64,000 bases of DNA from Candidatus Omnitrophota bacterium (GTDB lineage Bacteria > Omnitrophota > Gorgyraeia > Zapsychrales > Aceulaceae). Of this stretch, positions 39,555-48,907 are shown piece after piece; the stretch's first letter is position 1, and each line of letters starts with the position of its first letter. A program made the position numbers and the translations under genes. The notes under the pieces were generated by a model, which was not told where the DNA came from, made no database searches, and saw nothing but the letters and a program-made list of their open reading frames with translations. The DNA lies in assembly GCA_029564765.1 (NCBI GenBank), contig JAKQPK010000019.1, positions 27,919-91,918 on the forward strand. Direction: 5' to 3'.

Positions 39555-39583
39555 ATTATACATTATCTAAAAAAGTTCTCCAA
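39555..39583 (-). promoter_or_regulatory. candidate promoter of the rSAM/glycan operon (TTGGAG-N17-TATAAT)
   Basis: Minus-strand reading TTGGAG AACTTTTTTAGATAATG TATAAT, ~22 nt upstream of the first rSAM ATG. AT-rich 110-bp intergenic after the sulP stop. Confidence 0.35.
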
Positions 39584-39646
39584 TAAATATTCTAAAGAGC
39601 TGACCATCGCTAATCGAGATCTATAAAAAGATCAGAAACAGAAAAA

Positions 39647-41326
39647 TCAAGACTTTGCTGTAGCCGTTGCCGGGCTGCTCTCAATGATCTCAATTGACCT
39701 GGCCAAAGCTAACGGCACATCAGCTAAGATATTTTCCATGCCGATACGACTGACAACATCGGATTTGTGCAAGATCTTGAAAACGCGCTTACTAACACCC
39801 GCAAAAACAACAAGGATCTTGCCGCGCTGGCAGCTCTCCACAAAGCGGACCAACGCGCTAACGGCCGTTGCGTCCACCGTTGGAACAGCGCTCATGCGCA
39901 AGATGATGACCTTCGGGTTCTTTTTAAATGAGGCGATCGCGTCTCGAAATTTATCCGCAGCTCCAAAAAAGAATGGCCCATTGATCTCAAAGATCTCAAT
40001 TCCCTCTGGAACTCCGGTGTATTCACGCAGGCGGTCATCTCCCGCGGCATCGTCAACCAAATGGACGTTTGTCATTTCAGCCATGCGATGCATGAACAAG
40101 AACGCTGCCAATACAACACCGACCTCGATCGCTACGGTCAGATCCACTAAAACGGTAAGAAAGAACGTCAATAGTAAAACAAGGATATCTCCTCGTGAAC
40201 TTTTCAATAAGCTGCGAAAATGACGCCACTCGCTCATGTTATAAGCAACAACTATCAAGATCCCCGATAAAGTAGCCAGAGGGATCAAGCCAGCCCATTT
40301 CGCGCAAAAAAGGAAGAGAATAAGAATGACAAGCGCGTGGACCATACCCGCAATGGGCGTACGTCCACCATTCTTAATATTCGTCGCCGTACGCGCAATA
40401 GCACCGGTCGCAGGAATCCCGCCGAACAAAGGCGAGATGATGTTCGCGACTCCCTGACTGATCAACTCCATGTTCGAACGATGCCGTGTCCCCAACATAC
40501 CATCAGCGACGACAGCGGAAAGCAAGGATTCAATACCTGCCAATAGCGCGATCGTCAAGGCGCAAGATCCCAGCTTAGCCATGGTCGCCAGATCCAGATG
40601 AGGGAGGCGCGGGAAAGGAATATGATGTGGCATGTGGCCAAAACGCGTGAAGATCGTCTCGACTGGGAGTTGCAGCCATTGAACAAGGATAGTCGTCACA
40701 ATGATCGCGATCATTGTCCCGGGAATGCGTTTTGTCACGCGCGGCCAAAAATAAATAACGCAGATCGTAAAAATGCTCAAGCCCAAAGCCCAAAAATTGA
40801 TGCTTGGCATGCTCTGGAAATATGCGAACCATTTATCGATAAAATGACTCGGAACATTGGACATGCTGAGGCCTAGAAAATCGCGTATTTGGGTCGCGAA
40901 GATAACAAGGGCGATCCCGCTTGTAAACCCAACGGTCACAGGATATGGGATATATTTGATCACATCTCCCAGGCGCAAGGCACCCATAAGGACCAGCAAA
41001 ATGCCCGCCATAAATGTCGCGACCGCAAGACCCTCATAACCATGCTGCTGAACAATCCCGAAAACAATAACAATAAAGGCCCCTGTCGGCCCTCCGATCT
41101 GCACACGGCTTCCTGATAAAAGCGATATCAGAAACCCTGCAACGAACGCCGTTATCAATCCTTGTTCCGGCTTGACGCCAGAAGCGATCGCTAAAGCGAT
41201 CGAAAGCGGAAGCGCCACGATCCCGACAACGATCCCAGCTAGAATATCATTACATAGCTGATGAAAGCTATACCCTTCCCGAAAAACTGTAATGATCTTA
41301 GGTTCAAATGTTTTCATGCGCATCAA
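39647..41326 (-). CDS. SulP-family anion (sulfate/bicarbonate) transporter with C-terminal STAS domain
   Basis: Polytopic SulP core and STAS domain (EGIEIFEINGPFFFGAADKF...). Confidence 0.85.
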   Translation of the reverse strand: MMRMKTFEPKIITVFREGYSFHQLCNDILAGIVVGIVALPLSIALAIASGVKPEQGLITAFVAGFLISLLSGSRVQIGGPTGAFIVIVFGIVQQHGYEGLAVATFMAGILLVLMGALRLGDVIKYIPYPVTVGFTSGIALVIFATQIRDFLGLSMSNVPSHFIDKWFAYFQSMPSINFWALGLSIFTICVIYFWPRVTKRIPGTMIAIIVTTILVQWLQLPVETIFTRFGHMPHHIPFPRLPHLDLATMAKLGSCALTIALLAGIESLLSAVVADGMLGTRHRSNMELISQGVANIISPLFGGIPATGAIARTATNIKNGGRTPIAGMVHALVILILFLFCAKWAGLIPLATLSGILIVVAYNMSEWRHFRSLLKSSRGDILVLLLTFFLTVLVDLTVAIEVGVVLAAFLFMHRMAEMTNVHLVDDAAGDDRLREYTGVPEGIEIFEINGPFFFGAADKFRDAIASFKKNPKVIILRMSAVPTVDATAVSALVRFVESCQRGKILVVFAGVSKRVFKILHKSDVVSRIGMENILADVPLALARSIEIIESSPATATAKS

Positions 41327-41520
41327 ACACTCCTACAGCTTATCAAATTTTTAAATAAAATATTTCTGGCTTAGATTATTCTCTATAGATATCCGAAAGA
41401 GTTCGGGAAGGAAAGCATTGTCATCACCTGCTCTACAAAAAACAGGCATCCATTTCTTTGACTAACTCTCACCTGATTGAGCCATCATAGCTCTTTTCCT
41501 CTGAGTCGTCCATTAAACAT

Positions 41521-42849
41521 TCAAGATTTCTTGCGCCAAAGATGCTTCTGGGTCTCGCTGACAAGAATATCATTCAACGCCCATAACGCAATGAGATTTG
41601 GGATCGCCATCAAAGCATTAGCGACATCCGCAAAAGACCATACAACTGGCAGTGTCGCAACAGACCCCACCATCACCGCCCCAACCCATAGATAGCGATA
41701 GAACACAATAACTCTGTGCCCCCAAAGATATTCAACAGCTTTTTCTCCGTAATATGACCAACCCAGGATCGTTGATAGAACAAACGTAAAAAGACCAATG
41801 GTAAGGATCACAGGCCCAACTATGTCAAGGCGGGCAAAAGCTGCTTTTGTGAGCGCCGCGCCGTTTAACCCATTCATCCACTGGCCAGAATTAACAAGAA
41901 CAAGACCTGTTAAAGCGCACACAACTACTGTGTCCCAAAAGGTTCCTGTTGAAGAAACAAGGGCTTGGCGAACAGGATTGCTTGTTTTTGCCGCAGCCGC
42001 AACAATAGGAGCGCTTCCCATGCCTGATTCATTAGAAAAAAGTCCTCGCGCAATGCCGAATCGCATGGCTTCTCTTAAGCCTGCACCCAAAAAGCCCCCA
42101 ACGGCTGCCTGACCTGTAAAAGCGCTAGAAATGATAAGCCCAATGGTTCTGGGTATCGTTTCCCATCCGATGACAAGAAGAGCACAGCATCCGGCAATAT
42201 AAAAGATCATCATCACGGGAACTAATCGCTCACATATACGCGTGATCGAGTGGATCCCTCCTAAAATAACAAAACCTGTAAATAATGTGATAATGCTGCC
42301 TGTGGCCCATGGTGACAGGCCAAAAGTTTCTTTAGCAAGAGAAGCGATCGAGTTCGCCTGGACAGTGTTGCCGATGCCAAAAGCGGCCACAGCGGTCAAA
42401 AACGAGAACGTAATAGCCAAACCCTTATTTTTCATGCCACGCTCCAGAACGTACATCGGCCCTCCAGACATATGTCCTTTTCGGTTGGTCACACGAAATT
42501 TTACGGATAATAAGGCTTCCGCATACTTGGTTGCAATGCCAAAAAATCCTGTCAGCCACATCCACAAGACCGCCCCTGGCCCCCCAGACGCGACAGCAGT
42601 GGCAACGCCAACGATATTTCCCGTACCGACCGTTGCTGCCAACGCTGTTGTCAGCGCGCCAAAATGGCTAACGTCCCCCTCGTCCTCATGACTCTTCTGG
42701 AACGAAAGCTTAATCGCGTAAAAAGTATACCGCTGGATGAACTTAAGGCGAAAGGTCAAGAAAACATGCGTTCCAAAAAGAAAAAACAACATGGCCGGAC
42801 CCCAAACCATGCTGCTTAAATTGCTTAAAAAATTCTCAAAAAGATCCAT
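41521..42849 (-). CDS. alanine/glycine:cation symporter (AGCS family)
   Basis: N-terminus MDLFENFLSNLSSMVWGP and overall AGCS topology. Confidence 0.85.
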   Translation of the reverse strand: MDLFENFLSNLSSMVWGPAMLFFLFGTHVFLTFRLKFIQRYTFYAIKLSFQKSHEDEGDVSHFGALTTALAATVGTGNIVGVATAVASGGPGAVLWMWLTGFFGIATKYAEALLSVKFRVTNRKGHMSGGPMYVLERGMKNKGLAITFSFLTAVAAFGIGNTVQANSIASLAKETFGLSPWATGSIITLFTGFVILGGIHSITRICERLVPVMMIFYIAGCCALLVIGWETIPRTIGLIISSAFTGQAAVGGFLGAGLREAMRFGIARGLFSNESGMGSAPIVAAAAKTSNPVRQALVSSTGTFWDTVVVCALTGLVLVNSGQWMNGLNGAALTKAAFARLDIVGPVILTIGLFTFVLSTILGWSYYGEKAVEYLWGHRVIVFYRYLWVGAVMVGSVATLPVVWSFADVANALMAIPNLIALWALNDILVSETQKHLWRKKS

Positions 42850-42956
42850 AAATACTCCCGCGCTCCTGCGACGATCCGTGTACGATACAGTATTCCAAGT
42901 TCCTTATATTATAGATTGACCCCTTAGAATATCAAGAAGTGCAGAATGATTTTTTA

Positions 42957-42985
42957 TTGACCATCCAATAAGCAGGCGCTATGAT
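42957..42985 (+). promoter_or_regulatory. candidate sigma70 promoter (TTGACC-N17-TATGAT) for the DUF4126 gene, near-leaderless
   Basis: -35 at 42957-42962 and -10 at 42980-42985. The ATG at 42995 is ~10 nt after the -10 and has no SD. Confidence 0.4.
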
Positions 42986-42994
42986 ATCTTCGCT

Positions 42995-43612
42995 ATGGAT
43001 ATGCTGCAGTCAATCGGTGTCCTATTAGGAAGCTCTTGGTCGTCTGGGATCAATCTATACATGACAACTGCGACCCTGGGCATCGCTGAAAAAATGCATT
43101 GGTTGACCCTGCCGGAAAACATGAAGGTCCTATCCCATCCTTTCGTGATCCTTGTGGCGATTTTGTTGTATGCGATCGAATTCGTTGCGGATAAAATCCC
43201 TTTTGTGGACAATGTCTGGGATTCTATCCATACGATCATTCGACCGGCTGGAGGAGCCGCGCTAGGATATCTGGCCGCGACCCCTATGGGCCCAAGCGGA
43301 CAAATTCCGATCGCTGTTCTGACCGGAGCCATTGCCGCAAGCGCGCATCTGACAAAAGCAACATCCCGCGTTGCGATCAACAGCACTTCTGTGCCCGGGA
43401 CAAATATTGTTGCCAGCGTCGGTGAGGATGCATCTGTAGGGATGATGTTCTTTTTTATTATCAAGCACCCTATCATCGCTGGGCTGATCGTCGTCTTATT
43501 CCTTATCTTCGCGGTGTGGTTCTTAAAAAAAATGTTTCGTTTTTTGAGAAAGATCTTTGGTTTCATGTTGCGCAAAGACCAGGCTGCTTCCAGTCTCTCG
43601 CAGAGCAATTAA
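42995..43612 (+). CDS. DUF4126-family inner membrane protein
   Basis: Hydrophobic with conserved FVADKIP and similar motifs. Preferred over the overlapping antisense 209-aa ORF, which has low-complexity junk-like composition. Confidence 0.65.
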   Translation: MDMLQSIGVLLGSSWSSGINLYMTTATLGIAEKMHWLTLPENMKVLSHPFVILVAILLYAIEFVADKIPFVDNVWDSIHTIIRPAGGAALGYLAATPMGPSGQIPIAVLTGAIAASAHLTKATSRVAINSTSVPGTNIVASVGEDASVGMMFFFIIKHPIIAGLIVVLFLIFAVWFLKKMFRFLRKIFGFMLRKDQAASSLSQSN

Positions 43613-43654
43613 TCCTTTCGCAACCCGCATAGATGAACAGAGGGCAAAACAGCA

Positions 43655-44098
43655 ATGAGCTCATTATTCTTTTTTATCAAAAACACCGCTTTCAAGATCA
43701 CAAACTTTCTGATCGGACATACGCCCTTTTTTATCTTTATATTCGGATGGTTTCTGATCATTACCGGTCTTTTGTTCTTAACACAGCCTGAAAAAGCCCG
43801 TAAAAAATTGCTTCGCCAGGGATCCTACATGGCCTTTGGGGCCATGCGCATCCTCATTATCTATATCGCGATCCTTCTCCTCGGGCTAGGATGGAGACTC
43901 TCAACTACGGCTTCGATCATGATCAGCCTGCTAGTTGTTATCCTGCTTATCAAACTATTTTTTTCACTTAAAAGAATAATTTTTAAGAAATTCGAAGAGC
44001 GATTCGCCCTGATACCGATCTCTGCCTTGAAAATTTACGCCTGGGGCCAGGTCATCGTTGGTACGCTCATGGTCATGCTGGGAAGACGCATTTGGTAG
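43655..44098 (+). CDS. hypothetical membrane protein (4 TM)
   Basis: Plus-strand ORF following the DUF4126 gene. Hydrophobic helices. Terminator immediately downstream. Confidence 0.5.
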   Translation: MSSLFFFIKNTAFKITNFLIGHTPFFIFIFGWFLIITGLLFLTQPEKARKKLLRQGSYMAFGAMRILIIYIAILLLGLGWRLSTTASIMISLLVVILLIKLFFSLKRIIFKKFEERFALIPISALKIYAWGQVIVGTLMVMLGRRIW

Positions 44099-44104
44099 GA
44101 GAAA

Positions 44105-44150
44105 ACAAAAAGGCCCAGATCGCTTTAAGGCGATCCGGGCCTTTTTTAAA
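44105..44150. terminator. bidirectional rho-independent terminator between convergent genes
   Basis: GGCCCAGATCGC tttaag GCGATCCGGGCC hairpin (11/12 bp) flanked by an A-tract on the 5' side and TTTTTT on the 3' side. Confidence 0.6.
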
Positions 44151-44155
44151 AATTC

Positions 44156-44323
44156 TTACGCTTTTTTATCAGTCAAAACTAACCATAAAGCGTGAATCAT
44201 GCCTGGAAAACCAAGGCAAAGGGTCGCGACGATATTGATCCAGAAATGCGTCGTGACGCCCACCTGCATGTAAGCTGCGACAGGGGGAAGTATGATACAA
44301 AGTACGATTTTCACTATCTGCAT
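44156..44323 (-). CDS. Pmp3/YqaE (UPF0057) family small membrane proteolipid, 55 aa
   Basis: My own translation of the minus strand gives MQIVKIVLCIILPPVAAYMQVGVTTHFWINIVATLCLGFPGMIHALWLVLTDKKA. It has GGAAGGTG SD. It is below the 60-aa cutoff of the ORF track. Confidence 0.7.
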   Translation of the reverse strand: MQIVKIVLCIILPPVAAYMQVGVTTHFWINIVATLCLGFPGMIHALWLVLTDKKA

Positions 44324-44394
44324 ATTCACCTTCCTTTCTATTGTTATATTTTATTCTATGGTATGCTAACTTAAAAAGCAATGCTTTTTACCTT

Positions 44395-45219
44395 TTAAGC
44401 CGCGACTATGCAGATCTTGCGTTTGTTAGCGATCGCCAGACATTGATCCAAGTCAATAATAAGCGTTTTTCCGGCCTCAACCGCTAAGCAGGATGCTTTA
44501 ACTATGGACATATTCTTAAGCGTGCGCGGACCAATAACGGGAATATCGAAACGAAGATCCTGCTGCGGCTTGCTCATCTTGACAACGACCGCATGACCTC
44601 GCGCAATAGCTCCGCCTCGCAAAATAGCCTTATCTGTGCCCTCCATGGCTTCGATCGCAACAATCGCTTTGTCCTTAACAACGACGGTCTGCCCAACATC
44701 AATGCCACCCATCAGCTTAGCGATGGTCCGCCCAAATTCAATATCTGCCAATTCTTTCTCGCTTGGCCCGCGCCTCGTCAACGTTCCTTTGGGGGCCATG
44801 TGATCAGACAGCAAGAATGTCGAGCTTAAAAGCTCCATGCCGTTTTCTTTCAGCTTATCAGCAACAGCGGAAAAGATCGTATCCGCCTTGCGGTCTTGCA
44901 AAGCGTTAAACAAATGACGAAATTCTTCATCAATGGGAAGACGATCATTGAACAGATTCGCCGGGTTCACCTGGCCTGCCATGACAACCTGCTTGATATT
45001 TTGCGATCTTAAGAACGAAAAAAGTCGATTCAGCTCCCCGGGGCCAACCCACAACATTTGATCAACAAAAGAAGAAAGAAAAAATGAAGTGTCCCCTTTT
45101 ATGGCGACAGCGATAACTTTGTAATTCTGACGACGGGCTTGTTGAGCAAAGAGAAATGGAAATTTGCCGTTTCCGGCGATAAGGCCTAGAATTCTTTTAT
45201 CTTGCGGCATCAGCTGCAT
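44395..45219 (-). CDS. lpxI: UDP-2,3-diacylglucosamine pyrophosphatase LpxI (DUF1009)
   Basis: LGLIAGNGKFPFLFAQ N-terminus typical of LpxI. Located immediately downstream of lpxA. Confidence 0.75.
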   Translation of the reverse strand: MQLMPQDKRILGLIAGNGKFPFLFAQQARRQNYKVIAVAIKGDTSFFLSSFVDQMLWVGPGELNRLFSFLRSQNIKQVVMAGQVNPANLFNDRLPIDEEFRHLFNALQDRKADTIFSAVADKLKENGMELLSSTFLLSDHMAPKGTLTRRGPSEKELADIEFGRTIAKLMGGIDVGQTVVVKDKAIVAIEAMEGTDKAILRGGAIARGHAVVVKMSKPQQDLRFDIPVIGPRTLKNMSIVKASCLAVEAGKTLIIDLDQCLAIANKRKICIVAA

Positions 45220-45983
45220 AGTCCTCGCTGTGAGGTTTGCACAAAATGTAAAAGATGCTCGATCTCAGGAGTGGAGGAAATTTGACTCTTGATCTCTTCG
45301 ACAGCTTTTGTCTTGGTCAATTGCGAGAAAAACAATATCTTGAACGCCTGTTTTAGCAAACGTACTGTGTCTGGTTTGAATCCGGAACGTTTAAGGCCAA
45401 CCAGGTTCAGCCCGTAAACGCGCGCCGGATGCCCATCGCAAGTCGAAAAAGGCGGAATGTCCTGAACGACCTTGGAGCAGCCTCCAACGATCGAAAATCG
45501 GCCAAGCCGAACGAACTGGTGGATAGCCGTCAGTCCACCGATCACAACATAGTCCTCTAAGGTAACGTGTCCTGCCAAGGTCCCCACATTAGCCAGCGTG
45601 CAGTGATCGCCAACAACACAATCATGGGCCACGTGAGAATATGCCATAAAAAGATTATGATCACCGATCTTTGTCTTTCCACCGTCCCCTGTGCCAGGAT
45701 TCATCGTAACATACTCGCGAATGATGTTGTACTCCCCGATCTCAAGATACGTTTTTTCATCTTTTTTAAATTTTTTGTCCTGCGGAATGCTTCCGATAAC
45801 AGCACCAGTAAACACTTCACAGCCCTTGCCGATCGATGTGCGTCCTTCGATGACGCAATGAGACCCGATCTTGACCTCAGAAGCCAAGATGACATCCTCT
45901 CCGATAACAGTATATGGACCGATAACGACATCTTTGGCAATATCTGTCTTAGGATGGACTACAGCTGTCGAATGGATACTCAT
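45210..45983 (-). CDS. lpxA: acyl-ACP:UDP-GlcNAc O-acyltransferase
   Basis: Hexapeptide-repeat left-handed beta-helix plus C-terminal helical domain. Operon position. Confidence 0.9.
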   Translation of the reverse strand: MSIHSTAVVHPKTDIAKDVVIGPYTVIGEDVILASEVKIGSHCVIEGRTSIGKGCEVFTGAVIGSIPQDKKFKKDEKTYLEIGEYNIIREYVTMNPGTGDGGKTKIGDHNLFMAYSHVAHDCVVGDHCTLANVGTLAGHVTLEDYVVIGGLTAIHQFVRLGRFSIVGGCSKVVQDIPPFSTCDGHPARVYGLNLVGLKRSGFKPDTVRLLKQAFKILFFSQLTKTKAVEEIKSQISSTPEIEHLLHFVQTSQRGLCS

Positions 45984-47320
45984 GATGACCCCTGCAAATA
46001 AGCAACATCCGTGAACGAAAACATCAGGTCAGCTTCTACGACGACCTTGTCATCGACCTTAGCGACACCTTTTACTTGGGCGATGCGCGATTTACACTTT
46101 AAGACGTCAACCTCAAAGACCAACTGATCCCCCGGCTCAACAACTTTACGGAACTTGACATTATCGATCGCCATGAACAAGGCAAGTTTATCTTTATTCT
46201 CAATATCCGTCAAAACAGCGATCCCGCCGACCTGCGCCATGGCCTCAACCATAAGCACGCCAGGCATGACAGGCTTGTCTGGAAAATGCCCTTGAAAAAA
46301 AGATTCATTAGCCGTGACATTCTTGATCGCAACGGCACGCTTTCCAGGCTGAAGATCAATGACCCGATCGACCAACAAGAAAGGATAACGATGAGGCAAT
46401 ATCTTGCGGATCCCTGTAATATCAATAGCGGTCTTTGTCGCGTAGTCATGTCCTCGCGGCGTGAACTTCTTTTCATATTTCTCGTGCTGCGCGACGATCT
46501 TCTGCAATAGCTTACGATTAAGACGATGGCCGCTCTTTACACCCAACACATGTCCGCGAACAGGCCTGCCCAGAAGGTACAGGTCACCAATAAAATCTAA
46601 AACCTTATGCCGGGCAAACTCATCTGAAAAACGTACCTTATTGTCCTTGACACCCTTATCCGTAATGACGAGCGTGTTTGTCAGGTCAGCTCCCTTTCCT
46701 AAACCCTGACTTTTCAAGGCTTGGGCTTCTGATTCCAAGCAGAATGTGCGTGAGGGCGCGATCTCCTTGCGAAAACTTTCCAGTGTGATCGCTTGGCTAA
46801 AAAATTGCGCGCCAAGACCAGGGTGAGGATAGCTCAAAAGATAGGACACCTTAAAATCTGATGCGGGTGTTATCAAAAGCGAAGAATCATTTTCTTCAAG
46901 ATAGATCGGTTCGTGAATGTCGATGAATTGCCGTTGGGCATCTTGCGGGGCTAAGCCACCCTTGGAAAGAATATCATAATAATCTTGCCCGCTGCCATCA
47001 AGGCCTGGAAGCTCTGGTCCGTTGATCTCAATGACCAGGTTATCTATCTCCAGTCCGCATAATACGGCCATCACGTGCTCAACGGTATGGACAACCGCAT
47101 CCCCTTTGGCCAAGGACGTGCACCGCGACAAGGCCTGGTCCTGGACGACATTTTGATACTCCGCTTTCACGCACGGATGATTCGGCAGGTCAACGCGAAC
47201 AAAACAAATACCGCTATTCACCGCGGCAGGCTTAAAAACGACCTTGGTTTCCTGACCAAGATGAAGCCCTTTTCCCTGAGCGCAAACTTCTTTATGAATG
47301 GTCTTTTGCTGAATGTTCAT
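45980..47320 (-). CDS. lpxC: bifunctional UDP-3-O-acyl-GlcNAc deacetylase / 3-hydroxyacyl-ACP dehydratase (LpxC-FabZ fusion)
   Basis: N-terminal LpxC domain (~280 aa) fused to C-terminal FabZ hot-dog domain (LPHRYPFLLVDRV...GHFP). Confidence 0.9.
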   Translation of the reverse strand: MNIQQKTIHKEVCAQGKGLHLGQETKVVFKPAAVNSGICFVRVDLPNHPCVKAEYQNVVQDQALSRCTSLAKGDAVVHTVEHVMAVLCGLEIDNLVIEINGPELPGLDGSGQDYYDILSKGGLAPQDAQRQFIDIHEPIYLEENDSSLLITPASDFKVSYLLSYPHPGLGAQFFSQAITLESFRKEIAPSRTFCLESEAQALKSQGLGKGADLTNTLVITDKGVKDNKVRFSDEFARHKVLDFIGDLYLLGRPVRGHVLGVKSGHRLNRKLLQKIVAQHEKYEKKFTPRGHDYATKTAIDITGIRKILPHRYPFLLVDRVIDLQPGKRAVAIKNVTANESFFQGHFPDKPVMPGVLMVEAMAQVGGIAVLTDIENKDKLALFMAIDNVKFRKVVEPGDQLVFEVDVLKCKSRIAQVKGVAKVDDKVVVEADLMFSFTDVAYLQGSS

Positions 47321-47324
47321 CGTC

Positions 47325-48359
47325 TTAGGAACTGACCTTCTTCTCTAATAGAATGATTTTTTGTTTTAATTCTTGAATGGTTTTAACATATTCCGGTAGC
47401 CGTTGCAATGCCGCATTGACTTTTTTTGCTTTCTCGTGGGGCTTCGCCGGATAACCTGAAACAAATGTTTTCGCTGGAACGGATTTTGTAACCCCAGCCT
47501 GCGCCGCGACCACAGCACCCTCACCAATGGTCAAATGTCCCGCAATGCCAGATTGGCCAGCAAGGATAGCGCCATCTTTGATCTCAACGCTACCGGAGAT
47601 CCCTGCCTGAGCGACAATGATGCAGTGGCGGCCGATGATAACATTATGCGCGATCTGAACAAGATTATCGATCTTTGTTCCCTGGCCAATAAATGTTTTA
47701 TCAAATCGGGCTCTATCCACGGTCACGTTCGCGCCGATCTCAACATCATCCTCAACAACGACTGTCCCAACTTGAGGGATCTTGTAATGAACACCTTCCA
47801 CATTGGCAAATCCGAATCCATCAGCGCCAATAACTGTTCCTGAGTGGATAATAACCTTACATCCTATGCTGACACGTTCTCGAATAACAACGTTTGGGTA
47901 AAGAAGGCACTTCTGTCCAATAACGGTTTCATGCCCGATAAAACAACCGCTGTAAATGATAGTTTCATCACCGATCACAGCCTTATTTTCGATCACGGCA
48001 TAAGCGCCAATATGAACATTCTTGCCGATCTTGGCATCCGGAGCGATGACCGCTGTTGGATGGATCCCTTTGACGCAATGCTCCTGTTCCCCTAAAACGT
48101 ACGAAACGATCTTCGCAAATGCGAGCGATGGATTGTCAACGATGATCAAATTTTTGCCGACAGCACTTAAGACTGAAGGGGCAATGATCGCTGAGGCTTT
48201 GGTCACTTCAATAAGAGGAAAATACTTCGCATTAGCGACAAACGTAATGTCCCCCTCGCAAGCTTCTTTAATACCGGAAATGCCGCGAATGACAACATGT
48301 TCATCGCCTTGGACCTTGCCTGAAAGATATTGCGCGATTTCCCTAATGGTCTTTTGCAT
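47325..48359 (-). CDS. lpxD: UDP-3-O-acylglucosamine N-acyltransferase
   Basis: LpxD N-terminal domain plus hexapeptide repeats. Confidence 0.9.
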   Translation of the reverse strand: MQKTIREIAQYLSGKVQGDEHVVIRGISGIKEACEGDITFVANAKYFPLIEVTKASAIIAPSVLSAVGKNLIIVDNPSLAFAKIVSYVLGEQEHCVKGIHPTAVIAPDAKIGKNVHIGAYAVIENKAVIGDETIIYSGCFIGHETVIGQKCLLYPNVVIRERVSIGCKVIIHSGTVIGADGFGFANVEGVHYKIPQVGTVVVEDDVEIGANVTVDRARFDKTFIGQGTKIDNLVQIAHNVIIGRHCIIVAQAGISGSVEIKDGAILAGQSGIAGHLTIGEGAVVAAQAGVTKSVPAKTFVSGYPAKPHEKAKKVNAALQRLPEYVKTIQELKQKIILLEKKVSS

Positions 48360-48369
48360 GAATACAAGC

Positions 48370-48888
48370 TTATTTCTTTGGCGCTGCTGCGTTCAAAGAA
48401 TCCAAGATTCTCTGTGTAAGATCAAATGATTCCGCCCCATAGATCAAGACGCGATCGTTAAGAATGATATCGTATTTCTCTCTCTGCGCATAAGCTTTCA
48501 CAACGGATTCGATCTCCAGCAAGATCTCCCGTATCTTATCATCCCTGTCCTTGCGCAACTCTGTTTGTTTCTTTTGATCAAAATCCATTAATGCCTGCTT
48601 ATCTTTCTCGATCTGCTGGGCGACCTTCATGCGCTCTTCCTCTTTCAACAAAGTGATCCTTCTTTCAGCTTCTTGAATCTTAGCAACAAGGTCATTGCGC
48701 TGCTTTTTATAATCCGTACTTCTCTGCTCTAAAACTTTATCGTAATCGACTGTCTTCTGATATTTATCAAAAATAACCGTTAGATTAACATACCCAATTT
48801 TCAAAGCACTGCTCTGAGCAAAGCTCGTTTGAACAAAGCAAAGCATAAGAAAAATCATTAACCAAAATGTGCTCATACGTCGTTTCAT
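48370..48888 (-). CDS. skp: periplasmic chaperone Skp (OmpH)
   Basis: Signal peptide plus coiled-coil-rich ~170 aa. Position between bamA and lpxD. Confidence 0.8.
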   Translation of the reverse strand: MKRRMSTFWLMIFLMLCFVQTSFAQSSALKIGYVNLTVIFDKYQKTVDYDKVLEQRSTDYKKQRNDLVAKIQEAERRITLLKEEERMKVAQQIEKDKQALMDFDQKKQTELRKDRDDKIREILLEIESVVKAYAQREKYDIILNDRVLIYGAESFDLTQRILDSLNAAAPKK

Positions 48889-48907
48889 GCGTCCTCCTTA
48901 TAAAGTT

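Noticed and set aside
41327-41520. A 194-bp intergenic region upstream of sulP containing a short CCGAA-AGAG-TTCGG hairpin.
   Set aside because: The stem is too short and there is no U-tract. I found no convincing promoter or riboswitch signature and left it unannotated.
42979-43608. A 209-aa minus-strand ORF overlapping the plus-strand DUF4126 gene.
   Set aside because: The plus-strand product is a coherent multi-TM protein with a plausible promoter and downstream terminator. The minus-strand translation is Ala/Pro/Ile-rich without structure-like periodicity.
44324-44394. A-U-rich hairpin AAAAGCA-T-TGCTTTTT after lpxI as a terminator.
   Set aside because: The stem has only 3 G-C pairs. It is more likely part of the promoter/5'UTR of the downstream proteolipid gene, so I did not call it.
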